From contig CAWBQK010000007.1 in the NCBI GenBank assembly GCA_963791045.1, forward strand, positions 96,001-160,000: 64,000 nucleotides of DNA. The letters run 5' to 3'. The number at the start of each line of letters is the position of its first letter. Position 1 is the stretch's first letter. Shown here in pieces: positions 39,225 through 48,575 of the stretch. The translations under genes were made by a program, and so were the position numbers. The notes beneath the pieces are model-generated. The model was not told where the DNA came from, did no database searches, and saw only the letters and a list, made by a program, of their open reading frames with translations. The DNA is from Candidatus Latescibacterota bacterium. Lineage in GTDB: Bacteria > Krumholzibacteriota > Krumholzibacteriia > WVZY01.

Positions 39225-40538
39225 ATGAAAAACGTTCTCATGATAATTCCGTTCTTCCCGCCGAACGCGGGGGGTGGCGTTTACCGGCCGCTTGGATTTG
39301 TCAAGTACCTGCGAGAGTATGGGTGGCGGCCGACAGTAATTACGATGGAGTCGGGATCGTTCTGGATCGGGGACAAGAGTCTGATGCTCGATGTTCCGGC
39401 CGAGTGCCGGGTCGTCCGGACAAAAGCACTCAGCGGTCAGTACATTCTGTCGCTCGCGCGGCGGAACAAGACGACGGAGCCCGTGCCCGATCGACCGACA
39501 TCGAGCCAGGTCAGGTCTTCCAGACGTTTTGGTTTTCTGAGAACAATCGGGGCGACCGTACTCGTTCCCGACACATACGTCGGCTGGTATCCTTTCGCCC
39601 TGCGTGCCGCCCTCGACGCGGTAAGGGAAGGGAGTATTGACGCGATCTACTCGACGTCGCCGCCTGAGACCAGCCATCTGATCGCGTCGCGGATCCACGA
39701 GAAAACCGGAATCCCCTGGGTTGCCGATTTCAGGGATCCGTGGATGAACCTGTATCTTCTTCCGCACCCGACGCCGCTCCACGGGATGGTTCATCGCCGG
39801 CTGGAAAAAAGGATCTGCTCGCGCGCGTCAACCATCGTCACGAATCTCTGGCACCGAGATCTTCTGCGGGAAAAATATCCGTCGATCGGCGAGGTCGGGT
39901 TGATTCGCAACGGATATGACCCGTCCCACGTGGCGCCGGTGATGAATCTGGCGCCGCCGGCGGATCGGTTCCGCATCGTTCACGCTGGGATGCTTACACA
40001 GAAGAGAAGCGCCGTTCCTTTCTTAAGAGCGCTCAAGATGTTTATTGACCGGGTGCCTGAGGCGAGAGACGTTTGCAGTGTGGAGTTTTTTGGACCCAGG
40101 GAAAGCGAAAACGACGACGCCGTGTCCGAACTCGGGCTCGAAGGGATCGTCGAATTCAAGGACACCGTCACGCACGACCAGGCGTTGAAAATCGAGAGGT
40201 CCTCCCATATACTGCTCCTCATAAAACACACCGACCCCGTCTACAACGGAATCATACCGGGAAAACTCTTCGAGTACATCGGAGTCCGCCGCCCGATCCT
40301 TGCGTTGGTTCCCGATGGCGAGGCGGGGGATATTGTCAAAAGACTCGGCCGTGGAGAAGTTGTTTCGCAGGAAGACACGGAAAAGGTCGCGTCAAAACTC
40401 CGGTCGCTTTACGAGAGATTTCGTGAGGGTGTCCTCGATACCCACTATGATCTCTCGCAGGTCGATGAATTCCGGCGCGATGTCCTTACTGAAAAGCTTG
40501 CGCAAAAACTTGATTCTCTTGTCAACGAGAGGAATTAG
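39225..40538 (+). CDS. GT4 glycosyltransferase
   Basis: FFPPNAGGGVYR, STSPPETSH, PWVADFRDPW, IRNGYD, PGKLFEY; ATG at 39225. Confidence 0.9.
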   Translation: MKNVLMIIPFFPPNAGGGVYRPLGFVKYLREYGWRPTVITMESGSFWIGDKSLMLDVPAECRVVRTKALSGQYILSLARRNKTTEPVPDRPTSSQVRSSRRFGFLRTIGATVLVPDTYVGWYPFALRAALDAVREGSIDAIYSTSPPETSHLIASRIHEKTGIPWVADFRDPWMNLYLLPHPTPLHGMVHRRLEKRICSRASTIVTNLWHRDLLREKYPSIGEVGLIRNGYDPSHVAPVMNLAPPADRFRIVHAGMLTQKRSAVPFLRALKMFIDRVPEARDVCSVEFFGPRESENDDAVSELGLEGIVEFKDTVTHDQALKIERSSHILLLIKHTDPVYNGIIPGKLFEYIGVRRPILALVPDGEAGDIVKRLGRGEVVSQEDTEKVASKLRSLYERFREGVLDTHYDLSQVDEFRRDVLTEKLAQKLDSLVNERN

Positions 40539-40539
40539 A

Positions 40540-42048
40540 TTGTCGCCGCGTATTATCGGATCGCTGGTTGTTCCAATGCTCGTTTTTCTCGTCTTGCTGC
40601 TGCCGTTGGCGGATGGGTTTACCGATGATGGTTACATCCATATTCAGTACGCGCGTAATATCGTCGAACACGGCGAATACAGCTTCAACCCGGGCGAGGT
40701 CTCGTTCGGGACGACGAGTCCGCTGTGGGTGATGGTGCAGGCCGCCTTTGCAACCTTTGTCGGAACCGGCGAAAACCTGATTGTGACGAGCCGTATAATG
40801 TCGTGGCTCTGTGGTTTCCTGTCGATCGCGGCGATGTTTTTTCTCGCCCGGATGCTTGGTCTCGGCGTCCTCATGTCGTTTTGTGCGTCTCTCGTGCTCG
40901 CGTCGCACACGTGGTTTGTCCGCTGGACGGCTTTGAGTATGGAAACGTCCGCCGCGGTACTCGCTATTATCGCCGTCGGGATCGTTTCGGTGAAGGCTTT
41001 CGACAGCCGCCGGCACGCCGCGCTGCTTGGTTTCTTTATGGCCCTCTCGGCGCTCGTGCGCCCGGAGGCGTACCTTCTTTTTCCGGTCTACATCGGGGTC
41101 GTTATACTCCGGGGCCGTCGGAATGACGCGGGATGCGTGGCTCGGACGGTGGTAATGTCCGCGCTTCTTCTTGGGCCGTGGCTCGTTTTTGCGAAGTATC
41201 ACATCGGGAGATTCCTTCCCAACACGGCCGGGGCAAAGAGCGGCGGTTTGATTCTAGACCCCACCACGTTCATTAAGAAATTTCTGCCGATCGTCAAAAT
41301 TGTGGGGAGCGCCGAAGGTGTGCTCGCTTTGATCGTGGTGGCCACGCTCGTTCTTTGCGCGAGGAGGACGCGGATCTTGTCGGACACCCACCGGTTTCTT
41401 CTTCTCTGGGTGATTGCGCTTCCCGTTGCCTATGTCGTGTTCGATATTCAGGTGCTGTCGCGTTACATGCTCTTGACGACACCGTTCGTGATCGTGTTGG
41501 GACTGAGTGCGTTGGAAGAGTGGATCGAGAGGTACGGTATCGAATGGACACGGCGCGTTGTCCCGGTTGCCGTGGCGGTGATAACCCTCGCCATCAATGT
41601 CGCTTTCTATTTCACGGTTGTCGTTCCACCCTCCAGGGCGTTTACCGAGGACCTTACGTTCAACTTGAAAGAACTCGGGACGTACATCAATGCCAATTCT
41701 AGTGAAGACGCGGTTGTCGCCGCGGCCGATATCGGCTACCTTGCGTTTTATTCAAAGCGATGGGTGCTCGACCTCGGTGGTCTCGTCGACAACGAAACGC
41801 TCGCGCTACGCGAAACCAACACGTACGAAGAGATCGTCGACAAGGGCCTCTATCTTGATTTGCCGAAGTACCCGCGGGTAGATTTCTTCATCGACAGGGT
41901 CCTCATTGCAAATCGATTCGATGGAAAAATTCTCCGCGGATACCGTTTCGAGAGCATACGTCTGACGGAAGTGCGCAATCTTGGAATTCGTAAACCGGGC
42001 CCCTACTTTTACACCCTTTACCGACTGACACGCGTTGAAGATGACTGA
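40540..42048 (+). CDS. GT-C membrane glycosyltransferase, AftB-like
   Basis: TDDGYIHIQYARN, GTTSPLW, MET, RPEA, LPNT..AK, DIG...VLDLGGLVD; TTG start after GAGAGGA. Confidence 0.7.
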   Translation: MSPRIIGSLVVPMLVFLVLLLPLADGFTDDGYIHIQYARNIVEHGEYSFNPGEVSFGTTSPLWVMVQAAFATFVGTGENLIVTSRIMSWLCGFLSIAAMFFLARMLGLGVLMSFCASLVLASHTWFVRWTALSMETSAAVLAIIAVGIVSVKAFDSRRHAALLGFFMALSALVRPEAYLLFPVYIGVVILRGRRNDAGCVARTVVMSALLLGPWLVFAKYHIGRFLPNTAGAKSGGLILDPTTFIKKFLPIVKIVGSAEGVLALIVVATLVLCARRTRILSDTHRFLLLWVIALPVAYVVFDIQVLSRYMLLTTPFVIVLGLSALEEWIERYGIEWTRRVVPVAVAVITLAINVAFYFTVVVPPSRAFTEDLTFNLKELGTYINANSSEDAVVAAADIGYLAFYSKRWVLDLGGLVDNETLALRETNTYEEIVDKGLYLDLPKYPRVDFFIDRVLIANRFDGKILRGYRFESIRLTEVRNLGIRKPGPYFYTLYRLTRVEDD

Positions 42049-42850
42049 TTTTCAGCTCCCCGATATTCGCGTTCCCGCCGATATGGCGCCCGAGGAGATG
42101 CCCGATCTTCTGAGGTACTGGTATCTGGGGACGAGGGCACGAAATCACATGATGCTCCGGCGCTTTGCCGAAGTCGATGTCGAGGTAGGCCACGGCGAGG
42201 GGTCGAGGATTCTGGACATTGGGTCCGCGTGGGGTTACAACGTTCTCGCGCTCACGCGCGTGGTCGAGTCCGCCACGGGAATGGATCTCGTCGTCGATCA
42301 ATTCGAAGCAGGTGTCCGTATAGCCCGTGCGAATGACATGACACTATCGGTCATCGGCGCCGATGCGTCGGCGCTCCCGTTCGAGGACGGGAGTTTTACG
42401 GGAATCACCATGGTGGAAACGCTCGAACACATCTTTGAAGCCGATCGACCGCAGGCGATGCGCGAATGTCACCGCGTCCTGCGTAGCGGGGGGCGGCTTG
42501 TCCTATCGACGCCAAATGTGGGCAGCGCCGTCGAGAGGCTCAAACGGCTTGCCGTCCGATACCCGTGGATTCAACGCCGATTGCCGACAATGTGCTACCC
42601 GGCCGACGATATTGACCGGGCCGATTACCATCCCTACCAGTATCACCAGCCGTGGGCCGCGGACCGGATAAAAAGGGAGTTGGGTGAAGTGGGGTTTAAA
42701 GTATTGAAAACAAAGCAATTCCTGTTTGTGCTCAAAAACACGTCCGATAGAGCCTATCCGGTAGCGGTAGTCTTCGAGAAAATTCTCGAAAAAACACCAA
42801 TTCTGAATGGTTTCGCGGCCACGGTATGCGTTGTGGCGGAGAAAATCTAA
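42041..42850 (+). CDS. Class I SAM-dependent methyltransferase
   Basis: ILDIGSAWG, DASALPFEDGSF, ETLEHI, RVLRSGG, STPN. Confidence 0.88.
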   Translation: MTDFQLPDIRVPADMAPEEMPDLLRYWYLGTRARNHMMLRRFAEVDVEVGHGEGSRILDIGSAWGYNVLALTRVVESATGMDLVVDQFEAGVRIARANDMTLSVIGADASALPFEDGSFTGITMVETLEHIFEADRPQAMRECHRVLRSGGRLVLSTPNVGSAVERLKRLAVRYPWIQRRLPTMCYPADDIDRADYHPYQYHQPWAADRIKRELGEVGFKVLKTKQFLFVLKNTSDRAYPVAVVFEKILEKTPILNGFAATVCVVAEKI

Positions 42851-42968
42851 CTATATATATTTGAATGAGTTGCAGGAGTGTCCGTCGACGATTCGTTGGC
42901 GGATTTTCTTTTGTGGCGGATTGAGGGCATTTTTTTTACGAAAAAACCCTAAAAACTCCGTTTTGGGC

Positions 42969-42997
42969 TTGACCGATCCCAAAAATGCCCGTAATCT
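42969..42997 (+). promoter_or_regulatory. sigma70 promoter of dcw cluster
   Basis: TTGACC-N17-TAATCT upstream of mraZ. Confidence 0.65.
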
Positions 42998-43067
42998 GAC
43001 GTCATTGTGGTGGTCAGTCCCAATTTTGTTAGAGCTTGATCGTTAAAGCGGAAATATTCTCAGATAA

Positions 43068-43511
43068 ATGAATAACTACTTCAACGAGAAGAATCTGCAT
43101 TCGATTGATTCTAAAGGTCGTATCCTCCTTCCCAAAGAAATACGCGACCATTTACGGATCAAGAAAGGGGACGCGCTCCATCTCGTCCCGAATCTTTCCG
43201 GCCCATTATACATCGAAATCCGTACTGCGGCCCAGTGGAAAACCTACCGTGAAGGCCTGCGCGATCTCGAGGCCGGTGAGAAGAAAAAGGACTCCTACCG
43301 CTACGCTACCATGCTTCAGGAAACGGCAACCATGGATGGGCAGGGACGGGTGCTACTGCCGCAGAGGATCCGCGAACTGTGCAAAGTCGTGGATCTGGTC
43401 GCGGTCATCAACATGGACGAGTATGTCGAAGTGTGGGCCAAGGCGAACCTGGAACAGAAATACTCCGATATGGTCAAAGCGTTCAAGGAACTCAACGATC
43501 GGATGTTCTGA
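43068..43511 (+). CDS. mraZ: Transcriptional regulator MraZ
   Basis: IDSKGRILLP and MDGQGRVLLP repeats, VEVW; first dcw gene. Confidence 0.92.
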   Translation: MNNYFNEKNLHSIDSKGRILLPKEIRDHLRIKKGDALHLVPNLSGPLYIEIRTAAQWKTYREGLRDLEAGEKKKDSYRYATMLQETATMDGQGRVLLPQRIRELCKVVDLVAVINMDEYVEVWAKANLEQKYSDMVKAFKELNDRMF

Positions 43512-43565
43512 TGAGCCGGAGTGTCGCCCGCACATCAACTGCACAAACTTTTACGGGAGAAACCG

Positions 43566-44492
43566 ATGGATCACGTGCCTGTTATGGTCAGGGAAGTGAA
43601 TCGGTATCTTCTGCACGAGCGCTCCAGGCTTGTGCTCGATGGAACATTGGGCTGTGGTGGTCACTCGCAGGCGATTCTGGATGCGAGTCCCGGTGTTTCC
43701 ATAATCGGTGTGGATCCGGATGGTCAGGCGCTTCAGAAGGCCAAGCAAGTTCTCGGAGCCTACGGAGAACGAGTTCGGCTGGTTCAGGCGAGCTACACCG
43801 ACCTGGGGGCGGTTGTCGCTCTGGGGGACCGGCTCGACGGGGCGCTACTCGACCTTGGGGTCTCGAGCCTTCAAATAGACGAGCCGTCACGCGGGTTTAG
43901 CTATTCGAAGGACGGGCCGCTCGACATGCGGATGTCGGGGTCGGGATCCACTGCAGCGGAACTTATCGAAACTACAAGTGAGACGGAGCTTGCCCGGATG
44001 TTGAAGCAATACGGCGAGGTTACACGCCCGGCGAGAATTGCACGGTCGATAAAAGCCGCCTCGAAAGAGGGCCGGCTGTCGACCACGTCTTCGCTGAAGG
44101 AAGCCATCGACGATGCGCTCAGCGGCAACGCGGCTCCCGGGTTGCTCAGCAAAGTGTTTCAGGCGATTCGAATCGCGCTCAACGGAGAGCTCGAGAACAT
44201 CAAGCGTTTCCTTGATTCGATTCTGGACTATACGAACGCCGATGCGCGTCTTGTGTTCATCAGCTACCACTCGTTGGAAGATTCGTTGATAAAGGAATTT
44301 CTTCGACGGGAGAGCAGTAGTTGTTTGTGCCCGACCGCCGCGCCGGTGTGTGTGTGCGATCACGAAGCCTCTGTCGAGATCCTGACCCGGCGTGTGGTCA
44401 AGTCTTCAGACGAAGAAATTGCCGAAAATCCGCGGTCGAGGAGCGCAAAGCTCAGAGCCGCACGTGTGTTGAAACGGGGAGAACCACGGTGA
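43566..44492 (+). CDS. rsmH: 16S rRNA m4C1402 methyltransferase
   Basis: HVPVM, DGTLGCGGHS, DLGVSS, PLDMRM, FQAIRIALN, ISYHSLED, NPRSRSAKLR. Confidence 0.96.
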   Translation: MDHVPVMVREVNRYLLHERSRLVLDGTLGCGGHSQAILDASPGVSIIGVDPDGQALQKAKQVLGAYGERVRLVQASYTDLGAVVALGDRLDGALLDLGVSSLQIDEPSRGFSYSKDGPLDMRMSGSGSTAAELIETTSETELARMLKQYGEVTRPARIARSIKAASKEGRLSTTSSLKEAIDDALSGNAAPGLLSKVFQAIRIALNGELENIKRFLDSILDYTNADARLVFISYHSLEDSLIKEFLRRESSSCLCPTAAPVCVCDHEASVEILTRRVVKSSDEEIAENPRSRSAKLRAARVLKRGEPR

Positions 44493-44935
44493 AAAAAGAG
44501 ACCAGGGGCAACATCTACAGGGGTTTCAGCCGGACGCTGATTTCGGCGCTGACCGGCCAGGCGAGAATCAGCGTGACGATTTTTGTCTACGCTGTTGTCG
44601 CCGTGCTTCTCCTCACGTACGTGTCCGCTCAGGTGTACGCGGATGTCCTCCGCCAGGAGATTGCCGTGTTCAAGCAAGAGCGATGCGATCTCAAAGAAGA
44701 CCTGAACATGTTGACGAGCGAATACGTTACCAATTCGTCGAGGATCCGCGTGTCGCGGTACTGCGAGAAAAAACTCGGGATGATCAAGGCGGGCGGCGAA
44801 AGCCTCGAAATTTTCGCCGTGGAGGATATCAATAATGGGTTTGCCATACCCGTCGAACTTACGAAAAGACAACGAGCAATACCTTCTGCCTATCGTTACA
44901 CGCTTCGTCGATGTGACGAGAATCTAGGACAATGA
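44489..44935 (+). CDS. ftsL: Cell division protein FtsL-like
   Basis: Between rsmH and ftsI with GTGA/ATGA overlaps; single TM followed by coiled coil and KKLGM. Confidence 0.65.
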   Translation: MKKETRGNIYRGFSRTLISALTGQARISVTIFVYAVVAVLLLTYVSAQVYADVLRQEIAVFKQERCDLKEDLNMLTSEYVTNSSRIRVSRYCEKKLGMIKAGGESLEIFAVEDINNGFAIPVELTKRQRAIPSAYRYTLRRCDENLGQ

Positions 44936-47043
44936 GCAAAAAGAAAAAGAACTTCCGCTTATATATTGTCGGTGGTGCTTTTGTTCTGATATCAATGGTC
45001 CTCTGGGGACGGCTCGTCCAGGTCCAGGTGTTCGGGCGCGCCCACTACAGCGAACTCGCCGGAGATCAAGGAAAACACACAAAGACGATTCCCGCCGTTC
45101 GAGGCGGCATATTTGACCGGGCTGGAAGACCGCTCGCTCTCAGCATCCACTCTTGTTCCATATCGATCAGCCCCAAAGAAATCGAACACCCCGACCAGGT
45201 CGCCGATATCCTCGCCAAACGGCTTTCGGTCTCCAAACGAAACATCCGTGACGGTATCCGGTCGGGAAAATCTTTCGTATGGGTCAAGAGGCAGTGTTCG
45301 TTGACAAAAGACGTTCAGCGGCAGCTTCGCTCTATTAGAGGCGTTGGAGTTCACCGCGAGGCCGACCGCGTGTATCCGTACGGATGTACTGCGGCGAAGA
45401 TCGTCGGGTTCGTGGGACACGACAGCAAAGGCATGGCGGGGATCGAAGCGGCGTACGACGCCGAACTGAGAGGCGAGCCCGGTTGGGAGGAAGTGCAACA
45501 GGACGGCGCCAACCGGTCACGCGGATATCATACTTATGCAAGCAAGAAGCCCAGGAACGGCAAACACGTGTTTTTGACCATCGACGCGCGGCTCCAGGAA
45601 ATAGCCGAGATGGAGCTCGAGGGAGCCATCAAAAAGACAGGGGCCCGTGCGGGAACCGTTGTTTTGATGCACTGCAAAACGGGAGAAATCCTGGCATTGG
45701 CCGAATATCCGTCGGCGCGGTCGCGTTCGGGCCGGTCGCTGGCGGACTCGTTGTGGACGATCCGTTCGATTTCATGCGTTTACGAACCGGGGTCAACATT
45801 CAAACTCGTTACTGCCGCCGCACTCCTCGAAACCAAGAAGGTGCGGTCATTCGACGTGTTCGACGGGGAGAACGGCCGGGCCGACATGGATGTGGCCGTG
45901 ATTTCGGACGCGCATCCATTCAAAGAACTCACATTCAGGGACGGATTTGTTCAGTCGAGCAATATTGTAATGGCGAAGGCGGCCTTGAAGCTGAAACCGT
46001 TCGAATTCATGAAGTTCGTGCGGCTGTTTGGTTTCGGGGAAAAACTGGGAATCGAACTTTTTGGGGAATCTCCGGGGCAAGTTGTTCCCCTGGACGACTG
46101 GTCGAAACGCACTCAGATCACGATGGCGTTTGGCCAGGAGATCGCCGTGACTCCTCTTCAGCTGGTAAACGCTTTTGCCGCCGTTGCCAACAACGGCGTG
46201 CTTCCCATGCCGAGGGTCGTCCGGGCCGTGGCGGATGAAAACACCGGGGAGACCGAGGAGACCGAAATGGTCGAGCTTCGGAAAGTGATTTCGAAAAATA
46301 CGGCGAAAAAATTGAGGGAATACTGCAGAGCCGTGGTGACCGAAGGGACGGGGACCGCGGCCGGGCTCGAATTCTTGACGACCGCCGGCAAAACCGGAAC
46401 TGCTCAAAAAGCCTCGCCAAACGGCGGATATCTCGAGAGGAGATTCGTTTCGAGTTTTGTGGGGTTCGCGCCGGCAGACGAGCCGGAGGTAGTGTGTCTC
46501 GTGACGCTCGACGAGCCCAGCTTCAAATACAGATTTGGCGGCGTGTCCGCCGCCCCCGTGTTTGCGAGGATCTCGGAGGCTATCGCCGCATCGTCTCACA
46601 TTTTTGACGACGAGCTCACAACCACCCGGCTTGGACTGGAACAATCCGAGGGGCAGTGGTTCGAGGCCCCGAATTTCTTGAGGTTGAGCCGCGAAGCGGC
46701 GATGGAGCGGGCAAGGATGTTCGATCTGAATCTTCTTTGCAAGGGCGAGGGCGGCGAAGTCATCGCGCAGGAGCCCGACCCGGGCGTGGCGATGGACAGG
46801 GATGAAGTCCTTCGCGTGTACCTTAGTCCCAGCGCCGACAAGTCGAAAAACCGGAAGGCTCCGGATCTGCGGGGGCTATCGCTTCGCGCGGCAAAACGTC
46901 GTGCCGCAGAATTTGGTCTCAAATGCGATATCGTCGGCAGCGGTTATGTCTCAAAGCAAAAACCATCGCCGGGTGGTGTGTCGAAGAACGGCGTTATACG
47001 GGTGTACTGCAAGAGCGCGACAAACAAAAACCGAACAGGCTGA
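44932..47043 (+). CDS. ftsI: Class B penicillin-binding protein FtsI with C-terminal PASTA domains
   Basis: RGGIFDRAG, RVYPYG, GIE, EPGSTFK, SSN, GKTGTAQ; PNFLRLS and PDLRGLS PASTA repeats. Confidence 0.93.
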   Translation: MSKKKKNFRLYIVGGAFVLISMVLWGRLVQVQVFGRAHYSELAGDQGKHTKTIPAVRGGIFDRAGRPLALSIHSCSISISPKEIEHPDQVADILAKRLSVSKRNIRDGIRSGKSFVWVKRQCSLTKDVQRQLRSIRGVGVHREADRVYPYGCTAAKIVGFVGHDSKGMAGIEAAYDAELRGEPGWEEVQQDGANRSRGYHTYASKKPRNGKHVFLTIDARLQEIAEMELEGAIKKTGARAGTVVLMHCKTGEILALAEYPSARSRSGRSLADSLWTIRSISCVYEPGSTFKLVTAAALLETKKVRSFDVFDGENGRADMDVAVISDAHPFKELTFRDGFVQSSNIVMAKAALKLKPFEFMKFVRLFGFGEKLGIELFGESPGQVVPLDDWSKRTQITMAFGQEIAVTPLQLVNAFAAVANNGVLPMPRVVRAVADENTGETEETEMVELRKVISKNTAKKLREYCRAVVTEGTGTAAGLEFLTTAGKTGTAQKASPNGGYLERRFVSSFVGFAPADEPEVVCLVTLDEPSFKYRFGGVSAAPVFARISEAIAASSHIFDDELTTTRLGLEQSEGQWFEAPNFLRLSREAAMERARMFDLNLLCKGEGGEVIAQEPDPGVAMDRDEVLRVYLSPSADKSKNRKAPDLRGLSLRAAKRRAAEFGLKCDIVGSGYVSKQKPSPGGVSKNGVIRVYCKSATNKNRTG

Positions 47044-47078
47044 GACAGGCCGTGCAAACAGAATACGGAAAACGAATC

Positions 47079-48575
47079 ATGGCGCGTGACATTCAACTGG
47101 CCCAACTCATCGCGAGACTTGACGACGCGCATGTCCATGACATGCAAGACGTTTCGATCTCGAGCGTCACCAGTGATTCGAGAAAGGTTGAGCAGGGGGC
47201 CCTCTTTGTGGCGACAAAGGGCGGTCAAACGGACGGGCACAGCTTCATTGATGGCGCGTTGGCAAGAGGCGCCGCAGCGGTAGTTTCTGAGAGGCGTGTG
47301 CCCGTCCGCGGAAAACCCAATATTGTGGTGGACGACTCGACGCGGGCCCTTGCCGAGTTGGCGTCGGAGTTTTTTGGCAACCCATCCAGCGATCTTTTCG
47401 TGATCGGGATTACGGGAACGAATGGCAAGACGTCAACCACACACCTGCTCCGCGCAATTTGTGACAATTCAACATGGGGAAAGGTCGGTGTCGTCGGAAC
47501 CGTCGGACACGGCGTTGGGGCGCGGCTCGAAGAGAGTTCGCACACCACGCCGGAGCCGGTGACGCTTCACCGATTGTTCGCCGGGATGAAAGCTCAAGGG
47601 TGTCGCGGGGTGGTCATGGAAGTCAGTTCTCATGCGGTAAAACAGCAACGAACATGGGGAGTGGATTTCTCAATCGGGATGCTTACAAACATTACCCGTG
47701 ACCACCTCGACTACCACCCTTCGTTTGAGGACTACGTCGACACCAAGCGAGGGTTTTGCCTGTCGCTGGAGTCGCCGGGGCGGTCCAAAGAGAATGGAAC
47801 GCTTGTCTATTCACTGGACAACGATCAGTCACGGAAAATCGGTGAAGAGTTCACCGGGAGAAAGGTCTCGATTAGCGCCGAACAGGCCGGCGACGTGTTC
47901 GCCACCGATGTTCGGGCGACGATTAATGGCACGCGGTTTACGCTCAATACAAAGGGCGAAGAACCGGTGGAGATCGATCTCAAGTTGTTGGGCACGTTCA
48001 GCGTATCCAACGCAGTAATGGCGGCGGCGGGAGCACGTTTACTAGGAATCAACCACAATCACATCAAGCAAGGTCTTGAATCGGTCAAACGGGTCCCTGG
48101 CCGTTTTGAGGCTATCGGTGGCGGCTCCCGCCCGCTCGTCATTATCGACTACAGCCATACTCCGGACAGCCTCGAATTGACGCTGTCATTTTGTCTCGGT
48201 CTGAACCCTGAAAGGTTGATCGCCGTGTTTGGTTGTGGCGGCGACCGCGATCGGGGGAAGCGGCCGATTATGGGAGAGATCGCACAGAGATTGTCAAACG
48301 TCTGTTTTGTGACCAGCGACAATCCACGAAGCGAGGATCCCCATGAAATTATCGACAACATTGTTGATGGGATGGATCGCCAGGCCAAAGGGTTTTTTGT
48401 GGAGATCGACAGACGCAAGGCGATCAGCCGCGCGATAGAGAGCGCGAAACCGGGCGACGTAGTTGCGATATGCGGTAAAGGTCACGAGGATTACCAGATA
48501 ATTGGATCGACCCGTCATCACTTTGACGACGCCGAGGAAGCAGGGAAGGCGCTGGAAACATGGAAAGCCCGTTGA
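47079..48575 (+). CDS. murE: UDP-MurNAc-tripeptide synthetase (DNPR motif, meso-DAP type)
   Basis: DSRKV, GTNGKTST, HTTP, MEVSSH, DHLDYH, VPGRFE, SDNPR, GKGHE. Confidence 0.96.
   Translation: MARDIQLAQLIARLDDAHVHDMQDVSISSVTSDSRKVEQGALFVATKGGQTDGHSFIDGALARGAAAVVSERRVPVRGKPNIVVDDSTRALAELASEFFGNPSSDLFVIGITGTNGKTSTTHLLRAICDNSTWGKVGVVGTVGHGVGARLEESSHTTPEPVTLHRLFAGMKAQGCRGVVMEVSSHAVKQQRTWGVDFSIGMLTNITRDHLDYHPSFEDYVDTKRGFCLSLESPGRSKENGTLVYSLDNDQSRKIGEEFTGRKVSISAEQAGDVFATDVRATINGTRFTLNTKGEEPVEIDLKLLGTFSVSNAVMAAAGARLLGINHNHIKQGLESVKRVPGRFEAIGGGSRPLVIIDYSHTPDSLELTLSFCLGLNPERLIAVFGCGGDRDRGKRPIMGEIAQRLSNVCFVTSDNPRSEDPHEIIDNIVDGMDRQAKGFFVEIDRRKAISRAIESAKPGDVVAICGKGHEDYQIIGSTRHHFDDAEEAGKALETWKAR

Noticed and set aside
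42849-42871. AACT-N15-AGTT AT-rich dyad after the methyltransferase
   Set aside because: 4-bp arms, single occurrence
43506-43568. mraZ-rsmH in-frame readthrough
   Set aside because: Tandem TGA TGA stops and rsmH has its own SD and ATG
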